Virus record (IMG/VR): IMGVR_UViG_3300028920_000003
Reading direction: 5' to 3' (one strand)
Origin: a virus
Length of the DNA stretch: 64,000 bases
Part shown: positions 17,608 to 28,161 of the stretch, in pieces
Position numbering within the stretch: position 1 is the stretch's first letter
Layout of the letters: each line of letters begins with the position of its first letter
Translations under genes and position numbers: made by a program
The notes under the pieces: model-generated
Seen by the model: only the letters and a program-made list of their open reading frames with translations
Database searches by the model: none
Told to the model about the DNA's origin: nothing

Positions 17608-18630
17608 TTAAGTTAAACTATTATTTTGCTGTTCCTGCACGGAACTAATCTGAAATCCTGTTTGATCCTGAAGTGCAGCATAGGCTAGTTTAACAGCCTT
17701 ATCTACAATATCACGATGTACGGTTGAATCAAGTAAACAATCAAGTCCTGCTGGAAAGTCTAAGAAATAAATCCCATCTATTGTATCATCACTGAGAGCA
17801 TACGGTATCGAAGCTGTCTCAGGTACAATTATAGGTCTTGGTCTACGATCAATGTGCAAATGTACAGTTGTGATGGTAAATGTTCCATCAGTTATGTATT
17901 CATGTTGTTTTTCAGAATCGTCTGCACCGTCAATTCTCCAAATTTTTCTAATAGATGGTTTCTTATATGGATTCCTATAGTTTCCATTATAAAAATCATC
18001 GTCAATCGGATCGACCTCAAGGTCTAGTTTGGCGTTGTTGTAGGTCACAGGGACAGTAGGAGGAGAAACGGGAATCCGATTGTAATAAAAATTACCGCTT
18101 TGAAACTCGATATCTGCCCTTTCGTTACGAAGCTTTAGAATAGGATCAGCAACAATTGTTACACCTGCTTCTGTACCTAAATTTCCCGGAAGTGTTTGAG
18201 GAGATACCGTCAACTTATTGGCGGTAACTCCTATAACACTGTACAGCTTATTATTATTAGTACTAGCTCCCGTAACAGATATTACATCTCCTAAACGAAA
18301 TCCAGCAGTAACAAAACCGTTTCCGGAATGAGTTATACCGTCTGCGACAAACGTAACTTGATCTGTGAGTTGAACTCTAAGCGGAGCGATATAACCGTTT
18401 GGATAGTTTCCAGCAGAAAATGAAGTAAGTGGGATAACCTGTCGTAACTTGGAAATAGCTTTCTTATTCATCTCTTCATTCGAGCTAGAATCTAGGAGTT
18501 CATAAACAATGTCCTCCTGCGCCCGTGTGAGAAATGTAGAAATCTCTTTCGGTACATATCCCGGAGCATCGAAGTTGGTTATACGGTCATAACCAACGTC
18601 AAACTCATATTTCATTTGTTCTGCTGTCAT
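17608..18630 (-). CDS. hypothetical structural protein (head-tail adaptor candidate by position)
   Basis: 340-aa ORF downstream of the capsid-like gene. No diagnostic motif. Confidence 0.4.
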   Translation of the reverse strand: MTAEQMKYEFDVGYDRITNFDAPGYVPKEISTFLTRAQEDIVYELLDSSSNEEMNKKAISKLRQVIPLTSFSAGNYPNGYIAPLRVQLTDQVTFVADGITHSGNGFVTAGFRLGDVISVTGASTNNNKLYSVIGVTANKLTVSPQTLPGNLGTEAGVTIVADPILKLRNERADIEFQSGNFYYNRIPVSPPTVPVTYNNAKLDLEVDPIDDDFYNGNYRNPYKKPSIRKIWRIDGADDSEKQHEYITDGTFTITTVHLHIDRRPRPIIVPETASIPYALSDDTIDGIYFLDFPAGLDCLLDSTVHRDIVDKAVKLAYAALQDQTGFQISSVQEQQNNSLT

Positions 18631-18636
18631 TGCTAA

Positions 18637-19572
18637 TTATTTAGCAAGGTCTATCTGGTTTTTCAATCTTAAATATTCATCCTGATTTCTCTCATCCTTC
18701 AACCACTGAATTGCCTGATAAAGGCTCTTTCCAACAGGAACACCGTCTAAAGTCTCGATGTTTCCACCAGCCACCATTTTGAGTGCGCCTATTTTCAACC
18801 CACGATGAACTAAGAGTTTGTACTCATAGTTATCCTCGTCTTCAATGATCTCCACAACTCCTTCAAGATCAGAATCAATCAAATCTTGAATCTCTGAGTA
18901 ATAAAAGTCCTTATCGGAATTCTCTGAAGGACGCTTACTTTTAGCGTTCTCAAGATAATAGATCGTAAGGAAGTCAAACATAGCTTCACTGGAAGAGTCA
19001 ACCTTACTTAAATAACGGTAAGCTTTTTTACTCAGATCAGCTTTTTTGATCTTCTCAGTATGTTGCTGTCCCTCATGCTGTAAAGCAATTCGGTAGGTTC
19101 CACTGTTGAATTTTTCTTCCCATGAAGGAGCTATAATACCTCCTTCGGGAGTTGAGTTCATCATTAGAACTTTATACTGCAAATACTGTATCGGATCACT
19201 CAGATCAAGGGTCATCAGAATTGTTTCATCAGTTACGATGTTGTCACTTTTCCTGATAATCACCCTGAAGTTGTGCCAGAAATTATCTTTTTTCTTGTGT
19301 GGACTCAGGTCTCCCGGTTCCATATCAAGATCAGGATGTGATTCAAAGAACGCTTTTTCTTCATCAGTTAAAGGATTTTTAAGCCTTCCGGTATCCTTAT
19401 CCAACGGTAACTGAATAGTAATACTGGTGTGATCATACATGAACGATCCAGAGTGTCCCTCTGGAAGCCAACGCCCATTTCTGAGAATTGGCTTCAGATG
19501 GACTTTGGTATCGGGAAGCCTAAATACCTTAACTTCTTTTTCTGCCGTAGCAGTCGCCTGTTTTTTAGCCAT
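18637..19572 (-). CDS. hypothetical head-module protein
   Basis: 311-aa ORF directly downstream of the capsid-like gene. Confidence 0.45.
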   Translation of the reverse strand: MAKKQATATAEKEVKVFRLPDTKVHLKPILRNGRWLPEGHSGSFMYDHTSITIQLPLDKDTGRLKNPLTDEEKAFFESHPDLDMEPGDLSPHKKKDNFWHNFRVIIRKSDNIVTDETILMTLDLSDPIQYLQYKVLMMNSTPEGGIIAPSWEEKFNSGTYRIALQHEGQQHTEKIKKADLSKKAYRYLSKVDSSSEAMFDFLTIYYLENAKSKRPSENSDKDFYYSEIQDLIDSDLEGVVEIIEDEDNYEYKLLVHRGLKIGALKMVAGGNIETLDGVPVGKSLYQAIQWLKDERNQDEYLRLKNQIDLAK

Positions 19573-19625
19573 TTTTCTTCTTCTTTAAAATGTCAATGAA
19601 CGAAATAATTCAAGCACTATCACCC

Positions 19626-21089
19626 TTAAAGGATGATAGGCTTGTAGGTAGCGGTCCTAGTAGGATCGTAAACAATTGATCCACCAGTGTAAGCCCTATG
19701 CTCGGTCCAAGCATCTTTGGGATTACTCATGATTCTGTTGGTTTTACCAATGGTGAAAGGATCACGCAGTCCGGGTTCGTAGCCACGAATGTCTCCAAAC
19801 TTGGCGAGAGCTACCTTCTGTACGTTCGGCTTTCCATCGGAAGTACCCATGTTCAGGATGTCGTAGACACGACTCTCAGCGAGTCCCTGTCCACCGGGAT
19901 AGTAAATCTTATTCCTTGCGAAGTCATCCTTCAGAGCATCATGGACGATGTTCACCTTGATACCGTTGGGACCAATATACTCAAGGAACTGACCACGGAA
20001 TCCCATGACATTTCCACTCTTGGAGTAAATCCTGTAGTTGTCCCTTGCAGGAACATACAGAGTGGTGTAGTCTTCCAGAGCCTCATGGAACTGATACATT
20101 CCCCACTCACCTGTGAGAACAGTCACCTCACGCTGACCCATCACAACCTTACCAACGGTCAGGTCGAGAAGCATCTCAGTGAACTTCTTGATATCAAAGG
20201 AGTTGTAGGTATTGTAGTTGGCAGCTTCCATTTGCTGCTTAATACCAGCACCCATCTGAAGGATACGTCCGGATTTTCCACGCTGCTTGTATGTTCCATC
20301 TTCACTCTTGTTGGAAGTAGCGTATACAAGCAGATGGTTGATCTCATCCTGATACTGCATCTCCAACTCGTATGAACGATAGTCCATCCACGTAGTCATC
20401 ATTTTCTTGGTCATTGGATCAATCCAAGAAAACTTCACGGGACGTTCGATCATGTTACCGGGAATGGTATCCTGCATCCGGATCATGGTCATTGCGTTCA
20501 TCATCTTGTAAGGGAAGGTATAGTGAACTCCACCACCCTTAACTGACAGTTCTTTCTCAACAGGTGAGAAGTCCTTGCTGAAACGCTTTCCGGTTTGTAG
20601 TTCGTCGAAAGGAACAAACAGAGACGCATCTCCTGTGTTCAGACGACATCTGTAACGCCAGAGTCCACCTACATTCACAGGGTCTTCGAGGACCAGAATG
20701 GGATAGATTTCGTTACGCTCTCCAACGATTTGATTCACGTCGGTAAAGTAGGCTTCATGGAAGAAGAGGTAGAACTCTGCAAAGTTCAGACCAGCTCTGT
20801 CGGCTGCTGTGAGAGCAGTTCCAAGAACTACTTCAGCTTTGGCGAGAGGAATATTCTTCTTACCATTGGTAGTGATGTCCCAAGTAAAATCATCATCTGT
20901 TTCCAGAGTCAGGGTCGGGAACTGATTCAAATAAGCATTAACGGTTGCACCAAGATTCGCTTGATGAATCATGGTGGCAACTTTAGACGCTTGTTGAGGC
21001 TCAATCCCGAACCTGTAACCCAAGTGCGACTTGGTTACTAGACCCGTGATGTCCTCTGATTCATAAAGTTGAAATGGTGAAATTCTCAT
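19626..21089 (-). CDS. putative major capsid protein
   Basis: 487 aa, in the canonical order terminase-portal-scaffold-capsid. The size suits an HK97-fold coat with an insertion domain. No profile search was possible. Confidence 0.55.
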   Translation of the reverse strand: MRISPFQLYESEDITGLVTKSHLGYRFGIEPQQASKVATMIHQANLGATVNAYLNQFPTLTLETDDDFTWDITTNGKKNIPLAKAEVVLGTALTAADRAGLNFAEFYLFFHEAYFTDVNQIVGERNEIYPILVLEDPVNVGGLWRYRCRLNTGDASLFVPFDELQTGKRFSKDFSPVEKELSVKGGGVHYTFPYKMMNAMTMIRMQDTIPGNMIERPVKFSWIDPMTKKMMTTWMDYRSYELEMQYQDEINHLLVYATSNKSEDGTYKQRGKSGRILQMGAGIKQQMEAANYNTYNSFDIKKFTEMLLDLTVGKVVMGQREVTVLTGEWGMYQFHEALEDYTTLYVPARDNYRIYSKSGNVMGFRGQFLEYIGPNGIKVNIVHDALKDDFARNKIYYPGGQGLAESRVYDILNMGTSDGKPNVQKVALAKFGDIRGYEPGLRDPFTIGKTNRIMSNPKDAWTEHRAYTGGSIVYDPTRTATYKPIIL

Positions 21090-21125
21090 TGTTGCCTATT
21101 TTTCGGGCTTGTTAATAAATAAAAG

Positions 21126-22382
21126 TTATAGTCTCTTAAAAGCTCTTTCAAACTCGTCAAGTTCGTCTTCCTGTTTTTCAGGAACTTTTGCTTTACCAGC
21201 AACGATTTTTTCTTTGGTCTCAAAAGCAGATCGTAATGAATCAGTAGCTTTGGTTTTTTCAACCTTAGAAATCTTACTGAAATCTGGTTTTATCTGACCA
21301 CTATCGTCGATATCGAAGAGACCTAGTGTGTGGTAATAATGAAGCATCATTTCAAATCCTTCTGGATTCCTTGATCTGGTAGCCATTACAGGATTTAGCG
21401 GATTTCCTTGTTCGTCTTTCGCAACAGGAATAGTCATGGATTTCATAATCTTTTCCTTGGTATTCTTGTTGAGTTGGATACCGGGAATGATCTCAGGAGT
21501 ATTATCAATAGTCCTTTTCATTCTTGCTACCCTTTGACGAATTGCATCCTGTCGAGCTTGTTCTGCTGCTTCTGCTCCTTTCTCAATCTCAGTCATCTGA
21601 GTTTTGAAAGTTTTGGGAAGCGTAGGAAGAAGTTTCTCAGCTTTGCTCTCAAGATTCTCAAGAGCTTTGTAACCATCAATCTCTTCCTTAATCTCTTCAG
21701 GAGTAAACCCTCTCAGTTCTAGAGCTTTAGAAACTACTTCTTCCTGAAGCTTTTCATTTTCTGCAAGACTCTCTTTGTCAATTTTTGAATATTTGTCAAA
21801 GTTCCTCTTTGCAATACTGTACTCATCAACCGGAAGTCCTTTTTCCTTTGCTTCATACAGCATTCTTTCTTCTTCAGAAAGAGACTCTTTGTAACTCTCA
21901 ATACCTATTCGGATTCTCTCCTGAACAGATATTTCTGAAAGTTCCCTAAGAGCAGCAGCTTCATCTCCATCATTCCTCTCCTTTAGCGTTTCCCAATCTT
22001 CATCTTCAAATTCGAGAAAGACTCCCTCGTTGGCTCTGTCTCGTGCGAAGGCTAAAAATGGCGAAGAAGAAGAAGAATCGCTCGAACCAGTTTCCGAGGG
22101 AGTCTCTTTGGTCTCTTCACTTTTCTCAGTCTTTTCAATGAACTCTTCAATTTTTTCTGCTGTCGTATCAGCAGATTTTTCAGTTTCTTCGACAAATTCG
22201 TTAATCTCGAAAGAACCGTCTTCGTAGGCTTCTGCCTGTGTTTCAACAGGTTTCTCTACTTTTTTAGTCTCTTCGGTAGTATTCTCTACCGTTTCTTCAG
22301 ATTCGGTATTAACCTCGATTAACCCGTCTCCTACATTCATTCCAAAGAGTTGATCTCTTTGTTCTTCGCCTTTTTCTGCCAT
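21126..22382 (-). CDS. putative scaffolding protein
   Basis: 418 aa, very acidic and Glu/Lys-rich (long predicted helices). Lies between the portal and capsid-like genes. Confidence 0.5.
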   Translation of the reverse strand: MAEKGEEQRDQLFGMNVGDGLIEVNTESEETVENTTEETKKVEKPVETQAEAYEDGSFEINEFVEETEKSADTTAEKIEEFIEKTEKSEETKETPSETGSSDSSSSSPFLAFARDRANEGVFLEFEDEDWETLKERNDGDEAAALRELSEISVQERIRIGIESYKESLSEEERMLYEAKEKGLPVDEYSIAKRNFDKYSKIDKESLAENEKLQEEVVSKALELRGFTPEEIKEEIDGYKALENLESKAEKLLPTLPKTFKTQMTEIEKGAEAAEQARQDAIRQRVARMKRTIDNTPEIIPGIQLNKNTKEKIMKSMTIPVAKDEQGNPLNPVMATRSRNPEGFEMMLHYYHTLGLFDIDDSGQIKPDFSKISKVEKTKATDSLRSAFETKEKIVAGKAKVPEKQEDELDEFERAFKRL

Positions 22383-22415
22383 TTTCTTCTTCTTTTACAA
22401 AATTAGATTTATAAA

Positions 22416-22440
22416 ATATCTAACACAAGTTGTTAGATAT
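22416..22440. repeat. perfect 10-bp inverted repeat in the portal-scaffold intergenic gap
   Basis: ATATCTAACA-caagt-TGTTAGATAT, read directly from the sequence. Confidence 0.8.
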
Positions 22441-22460
22441 AATTCTCAATTTGGTATAGC

Positions 22461-24890
22461 CTATTTAGTTGGTTTAGCTGTTTTTGCTACTTTTCTTTTA
22501 TCAATGGTCTCTTGAGCTTTGTTATGACGAACAGTTTCTGTAAGCTTCTTATTTTCAAGCTTATACTTACGGTTCATCTCTTCCCATTCTTTCTTAAGCC
22601 TATCAATATTAGCAAGAGCAGCCTCTCCATTGTCTCTTTTAGCGTTTGCACCAATCTGAGCAACTGTAATATCAGTCTCAGCATTGATAAGAACTTTTTG
22701 CATATCCTGCTCACGATCAGCCTGTTTGCTTTCAGCTTCAGCTTGAATTGCTTGCTGCTTAGTCTGTTCAGCTTGCTGGAATTGTTCCTGTTGACGGTTG
22801 ATCGCTTCTTCTTCGTAAGTCTCGATCTTCCTACGGATGCTGGACATGGACTCAGATAAATAGATATCCATCAGACCAGAGAAGTTGATTTTATCATTCT
22901 GAAGACCTGCTTGAGCAAGACTCTTCATGGTCTGTATCAGTTCAGCGTCATTTGTAGAATTAGAAATCATAATCCCGTAATCTGCTTCATTGAACTGCTG
23001 ACCGTCAATCTCAGTTATAACCGAAGCCATCTCATCTGAGATATACTGAAGTTTTTCGTGAGATTTATTTCTCCAAGCATACTTAGCTGTTTCGAGTAAG
23101 GTTTCGAGAACTCTGAGCTTGGTATTATCATGCATCATAAACCACTTCTCTGTAATGTGGCTAGATTGAGTAACAGCCCTCTCAATACCTCCGACAGTCT
23201 CACGATTAGAAATCTGTCCCTGACGCTGTTCAGTAACACCTGCAATTTCTCCGAGTTCACGTTTGATAAACTCAAGCATCATTACATGCTGCTGAATATA
23301 TGATCCCATTTCCAGATCAAGAACCTTAGAGTTCTGGTTCATCTGACCTGCAAGTTTTCCTGTAGCAGCACCTTTGTTACCTTCTTTAAACGGGTCTTCA
23401 ATCGCCCATCCAAGAATTTCAGCATAGTACATCCACTTGTCCATATCCCAATTATCCGGAATACGGGAAGTGTCCAGCACAGAAATCTTTCCTTTACTCT
23501 TTGCAAAAGCAAGTTCCGTTCTGTACATGAATACATTATAGAGATACTGATAAGGTTTCATTCGATCCATCAAGGATCGGGACTGAGAAGTGTTTGTGTT
23601 GTAGATTGTACCCACGTAACCGGAACCTCCGATACTCTTGTTCCCCATTCGTCTAAACTGAATAGGTCTGGGACCCCACTTAACGTAGATGTCTTCGGCA
23701 ATTCGAGTTCCTTCCCACCACTCGTTAACCCAAAACCACTCGACTTTTTCTCCGAGTTCTTCTTTTGCTTTATAGTTTTCATCGACAAGTTTTTTCTGAA
23801 GTTGATCGTCTTCATCATACCATGAAACTTCACCAACCTTTCGCATAGAAACCCACACAACTTTTACAACACGAACCTCACCATTGTTATTATAAGCTGC
23901 TATGTTTCTGGTGTTGAAATTATCGGTATCAAAAAGGGTATAATCCCAATCTGTTCCCTGTTCTCCGGAAGTATCTCCTACAATACCAATAGGATTTTGA
24001 ACAGGTCTCCAAGGATAGTATTTGACCAAATCTCTGTCGTTAGTCCCTTGACCGATATATCCTTTCTCAATCCTGTCAATCTCTGACGAAGAAAGATGAT
24101 CGTAGTAATTATCTATAACCCAACGAATTGGTTGATAAGTATCTTCGATAATTATATCTGCATCCTCAATCTGATAAGATTCTCCTGACCGAATAATAGT
24201 AAGTGCAAGAGGATCAACCTTCCTGACAACAGGTTCTCCACCAACAATATCAATGTTATAGATTTCCTGACCTGCAACCAGAGCGTCTTCAAATCCACGG
24301 TTAAACTTGATTGAAAGTTCCTGTTCTTTCCATAGATACTGAAGATATTGAGTAGCCCTGCGCTCACGAAGGTCCTGAGTCTCGTACTTACTCCACTTTC
24401 CAAATTTCTCAAGTTCTTGCTGAAGTTCTTGTTCATCATAATCTTCTGCCTGAATAGCACCTAAGATGATTTGATGAATCATATCTTTTTGATGTTCTTC
24501 TTTTTCAGAGACTGCATCCGGGTTTACAACAGTAACTCTCCAATCAAATCTTCGTTTAGATTCTTCTCCGATCAAGAGGTCAATCTTTGGATTAGCAATA
24601 GGGTAGTTCTGCATTTTAGCAGGGAAGGTAGCTCCTTTAATCCCCCACGGGTTTACTGCTTGTTCAACATCCCTTTCATCTAAGATATCAGCTCTTAGAT
24701 TGTAGTTTGTAAACATTGTCCGTTTAGTCTGAACTAAACCGTTCTCAGTATTGTAGGCCATCATAACAGATGATTCAATACAATCTATGACAAATTGTTT
24801 ATTCTTACTACTTGTAGCTTTCTTTTGAAAAGGAAAATGAGCAGTTCTTTTGAGGGTATTTCCTATACCTGTTCCGAAATGTTCGCTCAT
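22461..24890 (-). CDS. portal protein
   Basis: 809 aa, immediately downstream of the large terminase. Size and position are typical, and the C-terminal tail is long and Gln/Glu/Lys-rich. Confidence 0.65.
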   Translation of the reverse strand: MSEHFGTGIGNTLKRTAHFPFQKKATSSKNKQFVIDCIESSVMMAYNTENGLVQTKRTMFTNYNLRADILDERDVEQAVNPWGIKGATFPAKMQNYPIANPKIDLLIGEESKRRFDWRVTVVNPDAVSEKEEHQKDMIHQIILGAIQAEDYDEQELQQELEKFGKWSKYETQDLRERRATQYLQYLWKEQELSIKFNRGFEDALVAGQEIYNIDIVGGEPVVRKVDPLALTIIRSGESYQIEDADIIIEDTYQPIRWVIDNYYDHLSSSEIDRIEKGYIGQGTNDRDLVKYYPWRPVQNPIGIVGDTSGEQGTDWDYTLFDTDNFNTRNIAAYNNNGEVRVVKVVWVSMRKVGEVSWYDEDDQLQKKLVDENYKAKEELGEKVEWFWVNEWWEGTRIAEDIYVKWGPRPIQFRRMGNKSIGGSGYVGTIYNTNTSQSRSLMDRMKPYQYLYNVFMYRTELAFAKSKGKISVLDTSRIPDNWDMDKWMYYAEILGWAIEDPFKEGNKGAATGKLAGQMNQNSKVLDLEMGSYIQQHVMMLEFIKRELGEIAGVTEQRQGQISNRETVGGIERAVTQSSHITEKWFMMHDNTKLRVLETLLETAKYAWRNKSHEKLQYISDEMASVITEIDGQQFNEADYGIMISNSTNDAELIQTMKSLAQAGLQNDKINFSGLMDIYLSESMSSIRRKIETYEEEAINRQQEQFQQAEQTKQQAIQAEAESKQADREQDMQKVLINAETDITVAQIGANAKRDNGEAALANIDRLKKEWEEMNRKYKLENKKLTETVRHNKAQETIDKRKVAKTAKPTK

Positions 24891-24911
24891 GATATGTAAG
24901 TTTTTATAAAA

Positions 24912-27104
24912 TTATGAAATCTTAACCTTTTCTGTCTTAATAAAATCCATTATACTTTTGTTACTATAGCCATTTATGCTACCTCCAACATGTCTGCTGA
25001 AAAATGGATCAGATGTGACAGCTTCCACCCTTTTCTCGTGTATATGTCTCTTATACTGAAGTCGATCCTCACGATAGATCATCAGCAATACTAGTGCTGA
25101 TATATCATCGAAGTTATCCTGAGGATTCCATGCAATGATTTCGTTTAAAAGAGGTATCGAACGGATTTTATCCAGATTCGTTACCTCTGACCCTTCCTCT
25201 TCTCCATACGCAGTAGCGGACATCCACTGAACTGCACGTTGTAATCCGTATAGAATAACAGGGGTTGAACCGTAGGTTCCTTTTGAGTTATTCCCGAACG
25301 TATTAGCCTTGCTAATTCCTTTATCTTTAAGTATCTCAGGTTCATCAATCAGCAAATGAAGCTGTGACTTATTATATAGATACCCGTAAATTCCTTTTTT
25401 GTTTCGTTCGTAGTTTGCAGTTGCATTATAATATTTGAGAATTCTTCGACAAGTTTCAAAGAATTGATCAGCCGTAGCAGGTCTTCCTTTATAATGGCAG
25501 ACAATCCGATCTGTGAGAAGATCAAGAACAAGAATTGATCCAACAGAATTTGTGGTAGATTCGTCATCATCGTAAGGGTCAATCGCTGCTATATACCTTC
25601 CTCTCATAACCTCACCACCCTCATCTGTAACAGGAGGCTCGAATATCTCAATGGCTCCTGCTTGCTTATTGTCTTTGATGGGAAATTCGTACAGAGGACT
25701 AGCTTCAGTATTATACTCAAACTTAATTCTCTGGTTTAAAGGATCAACCGTGAGATTTGCTCTCCATATACTATCTATGTATTTTGCCCTGTTCGTGAGG
25801 ATGTGCGACAATCGTGCTGAAGCCCTGACCGTATCGAACATGGTCCCTTGTACCCTGAGAAATGCTTCGGCTGGATTCTTCGGCTGCTGTGTGATAAATT
25901 TGTTATACGCAGAACGTGAACCCTTTCGACGTTTGTCCCTCTTGGTATCCAAGGATTCCTCTGCTTCCTGCCGGTTTGAATTACCCTGTTGATCAACAAA
26001 CGGAATGATAACTTCTTTTTCTTTACCATTGATAAAGTGTTTTTTGGTGACAGAACCCGGATAATACCACATATCATCTATGAACCAACCACATTCTCCC
26101 GTTGCGTTTTCATCATAGATATTTTGATATGATCTAAGTCCGTAAGGTTCAGGATTATAGAACATTTCAGCAAAATCTGCTGTACCTCTTTCCATGTCAC
26201 CACCTGTTCCCCATATCAGAGGAACTCCTGTCATAATATCACCATCTCGGAATGTTGGTTCAGAGATGGTGTAGGCAGTCAAGAGGTGTTCAAATTTACC
26301 AGCTTCTTCAAATCCCATGAGATCGGTGGATTCACCAATGGATTTGAACGGATTGTCTTTGAAGGAAACCGCTTGAATCTCTGACATATAACCGTCTTCA
26401 ACTTCAATCCCGGTTTCTTGATTCTTCATTACGAAGGATGCTCTGAAGTGATCACGCTTATTGAGTTTATCCTTCTTCTTTCCCCAATCTGTGATTCGGT
26501 TTACGTGGTTGATCGTAAAATGAATACCGTCAAGCGTAACCTTATAATGTCCTTTCTCATACGCAGCAAGAATATTCATACTTGCTGGTATGAAATTGTA
26601 GTTGTAACCGTAAACTCCTCCTGTAACCTGATATGTAAAACCTTTCCTACGGGATTTGGCGATAATCATCCCCTTTTTATCACTACCCTGATGAGGTCCC
26701 TCGGCAGCACACCTTTCAAACTCGTTGAACCAGTAATAGTTATGATCGAGGAATCTAGGTAAAGTAATGATTTTCCGATTTTCGCCTTGCTTCTCAGCAC
26801 CCGTATTAGGGTCAATAGGTCTTGCCTTGATAAGGCAAAAGTTAAGGTAAAAATAGTGCCTTCCGGTAATTCTGACACCGCCAACGGAATATCCACTAAG
26901 AACTCTACGCTCCTGTTCATTCCAATAGTCATCGTAGTCTTTGGTCCCAAACGGAGCTGACGTATAGTACCCATGTTTTAGAAAATGTCTTCCTTCTTCC
27001 TGAAAGACAGCACTGTTGATAAATTTAAGATAAGGCTGTTCAGAATTACGAATCGGGTTCGGAACCTCTTTCCCCCACGGTTTTGCTACTACGATATCGC
27101 TCAT
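24912..27104 (-). CDS. terL: terminase large subunit
   Basis: 730 aa. Walker A-like IAKSRRKGFT, Walker B-like DLMGFEEAG, and a C-terminal acidic nuclease-type segment IAAIDPYDDDES. A portal gene follows directly. Confidence 0.85.
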   Translation of the reverse strand: MSDIVVAKPWGKEVPNPIRNSEQPYLKFINSAVFQEEGRHFLKHGYYTSAPFGTKDYDDYWNEQERRVLSGYSVGGVRITGRHYFYLNFCLIKARPIDPNTGAEKQGENRKIITLPRFLDHNYYWFNEFERCAAEGPHQGSDKKGMIIAKSRRKGFTYQVTGGVYGYNYNFIPASMNILAAYEKGHYKVTLDGIHFTINHVNRITDWGKKKDKLNKRDHFRASFVMKNQETGIEVEDGYMSEIQAVSFKDNPFKSIGESTDLMGFEEAGKFEHLLTAYTISEPTFRDGDIMTGVPLIWGTGGDMERGTADFAEMFYNPEPYGLRSYQNIYDENATGECGWFIDDMWYYPGSVTKKHFINGKEKEVIIPFVDQQGNSNRQEAEESLDTKRDKRRKGSRSAYNKFITQQPKNPAEAFLRVQGTMFDTVRASARLSHILTNRAKYIDSIWRANLTVDPLNQRIKFEYNTEASPLYEFPIKDNKQAGAIEIFEPPVTDEGGEVMRGRYIAAIDPYDDDESTTNSVGSILVLDLLTDRIVCHYKGRPATADQFFETCRRILKYYNATANYERNKKGIYGYLYNKSQLHLLIDEPEILKDKGISKANTFGNNSKGTYGSTPVILYGLQRAVQWMSATAYGEEEGSEVTNLDKIRSIPLLNEIIAWNPQDNFDDISALVLLMIYREDRLQYKRHIHEKRVEAVTSDPFFSRHVGGSINGYSNKSIMDFIKTEKVKIS

Positions 27105-27193
27105 ACTCTTTTATCAAGTCACTCAACTCCCTGTTGATCTGTCGGAGTTGATTTCTTCGTATGGCAATTTCTTCAAGTAGCTCTCTTTCTCTA

Positions 27194-27601
27194 TTATCTG
27201 AATCCGCCATCTGTCCAAAACCATGTAACCCACCAGATCAGGGCAATGACTCTAATAACCCATATTAGATGTCCCGGTTCTTTTACCTTGAGTGAAAACC
27301 ACGAAAGCAGTTTTCCGTAGATCGAACTTTCACCCACATAAGACCATTTATTACCCTTTATAACATTAAATATTACATCAAAGATAGCAATTCTAATAGT
27401 AATGTACATAACAATCAATCGGTCATGCCATTTCAACCACTCTCTATCGAGTGCTACAAGCAAGAAAAGCCAGAGTGCAACGCTCACTGACTCAAGTAGA
27501 TGATGAGGAATTTGTTTTCCTTTTGCACGTAATGCATCTCCTGTTGCGTCCCATATAACAAGAACTATTAGGAGTAAACTGAAAATTTTAAATTCTGACA
27601 T
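27194..27601 (-). CDS. integral membrane protein (about four TM helices)
   Basis: 135 aa made almost entirely of hydrophobic helices (IFSLLLIVLVIW, VSVALWLFLLVAL, IVMYITIRIAIFDVIF, VIRVIALIWWVTWFW). Confidence 0.5.
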   Translation of the reverse strand: MSEFKIFSLLLIVLVIWDATGDALRAKGKQIPHHLLESVSVALWLFLLVALDREWLKWHDRLIVMYITIRIAIFDVIFNVIKGNKWSYVGESSIYGKLLSWFSLKVKEPGHLIWVIRVIALIWWVTWFWTDGGFR

Positions 27602-27612
27602 ATCAAATTATT

Positions 27613-28161
27613 TTAACCTCTTCTATCAGGTGGTAATTCACGTTTAGAAATTGTTGAACCTCCTCTGAGCTGCATCATATCTGTCAGTTCTTTTTCAACT
27701 TCATCTCGTAGAGATTTGATTCCTTTGACAACATCACCCATAGCTTTCACATTATTTATGAAATTCTTTGCAGCTACACCATTCTCATCCTCATCAAAAT
27801 CAACATCACGGAAATAATCTCTGAGTTTTGTCAGACCAAGCTCCACATCATCAAGTAGTTGCATTGAAAGCGTGGTCTGTAGTTCCTTATATTTCTCAAT
27901 CGCAGCCAGTACTTCTTTATCAGCGTCCCACTGCCTGTCGTCAAAAAGGTCAAGTTTAATCTTAGAGTCTCTCACATCAATATGGAAATTTCTGTAAATC
28001 GACTGATAATCAGCAATGTGATAAATATATGCAAGTTCCCTAAGTGCCTTTTCTTTCTTATTAGAACGATCTCTAGTCCAGATTTTCTTGAACTCTTTGA
28101 TCATCACTGCTTCCGGAGAGATTGTCAGAACTCCGTTTTGAATAGTCATTAAGTTTTTCAT
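27613..28161 (-). CDS. hypothetical protein (small-terminase candidate by position only)
   Basis: 182-aa helical, charged ORF upstream of terL. No motif recognised. The start is uncertain because of an 89-nt overlap with the upstream ORF. Confidence 0.3.
   Translation of the reverse strand: MKNLMTIQNGVLTISPEAVMIKEFKKIWTRDRSNKKEKALRELAYIYHIADYQSIYRNFHIDVRDSKIKLDLFDDRQWDADKEVLAAIEKYKELQTTLSMQLLDDVELGLTKLRDYFRDVDFDEDENGVAAKNFINNVKAMGDVVKGIKSLRDEVEKELTDMMQLRGGSTISKRELPPDRRG

Noticed and set aside
19698-20375. 225-aa plus-strand ORF antisense to the capsid-like gene
   Set aside because: It lies entirely within a better-supported minus-strand gene and has low-complexity Leu/Ser/Val-rich composition typical of antisense frames. 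The same reasoning applies to 17146-17535, 40475-40939, 41334-41801, 53282-53704, 57329-58030 and the other short opposite-strand calls.
27046-27210. 54-aa minus-strand ORF (MADSDNRERELLEEIAIRRNQLRQINRELSDLIKEYERY...) spanning the gap before terL
   Set aside because: It overlaps the end of the membrane-protein gene by 17 nt and the first ~59 nt of terL in another frame, and it falls below any length threshold. It could be a real small coiled-coil protein, but I cannot support it from sequence alone.
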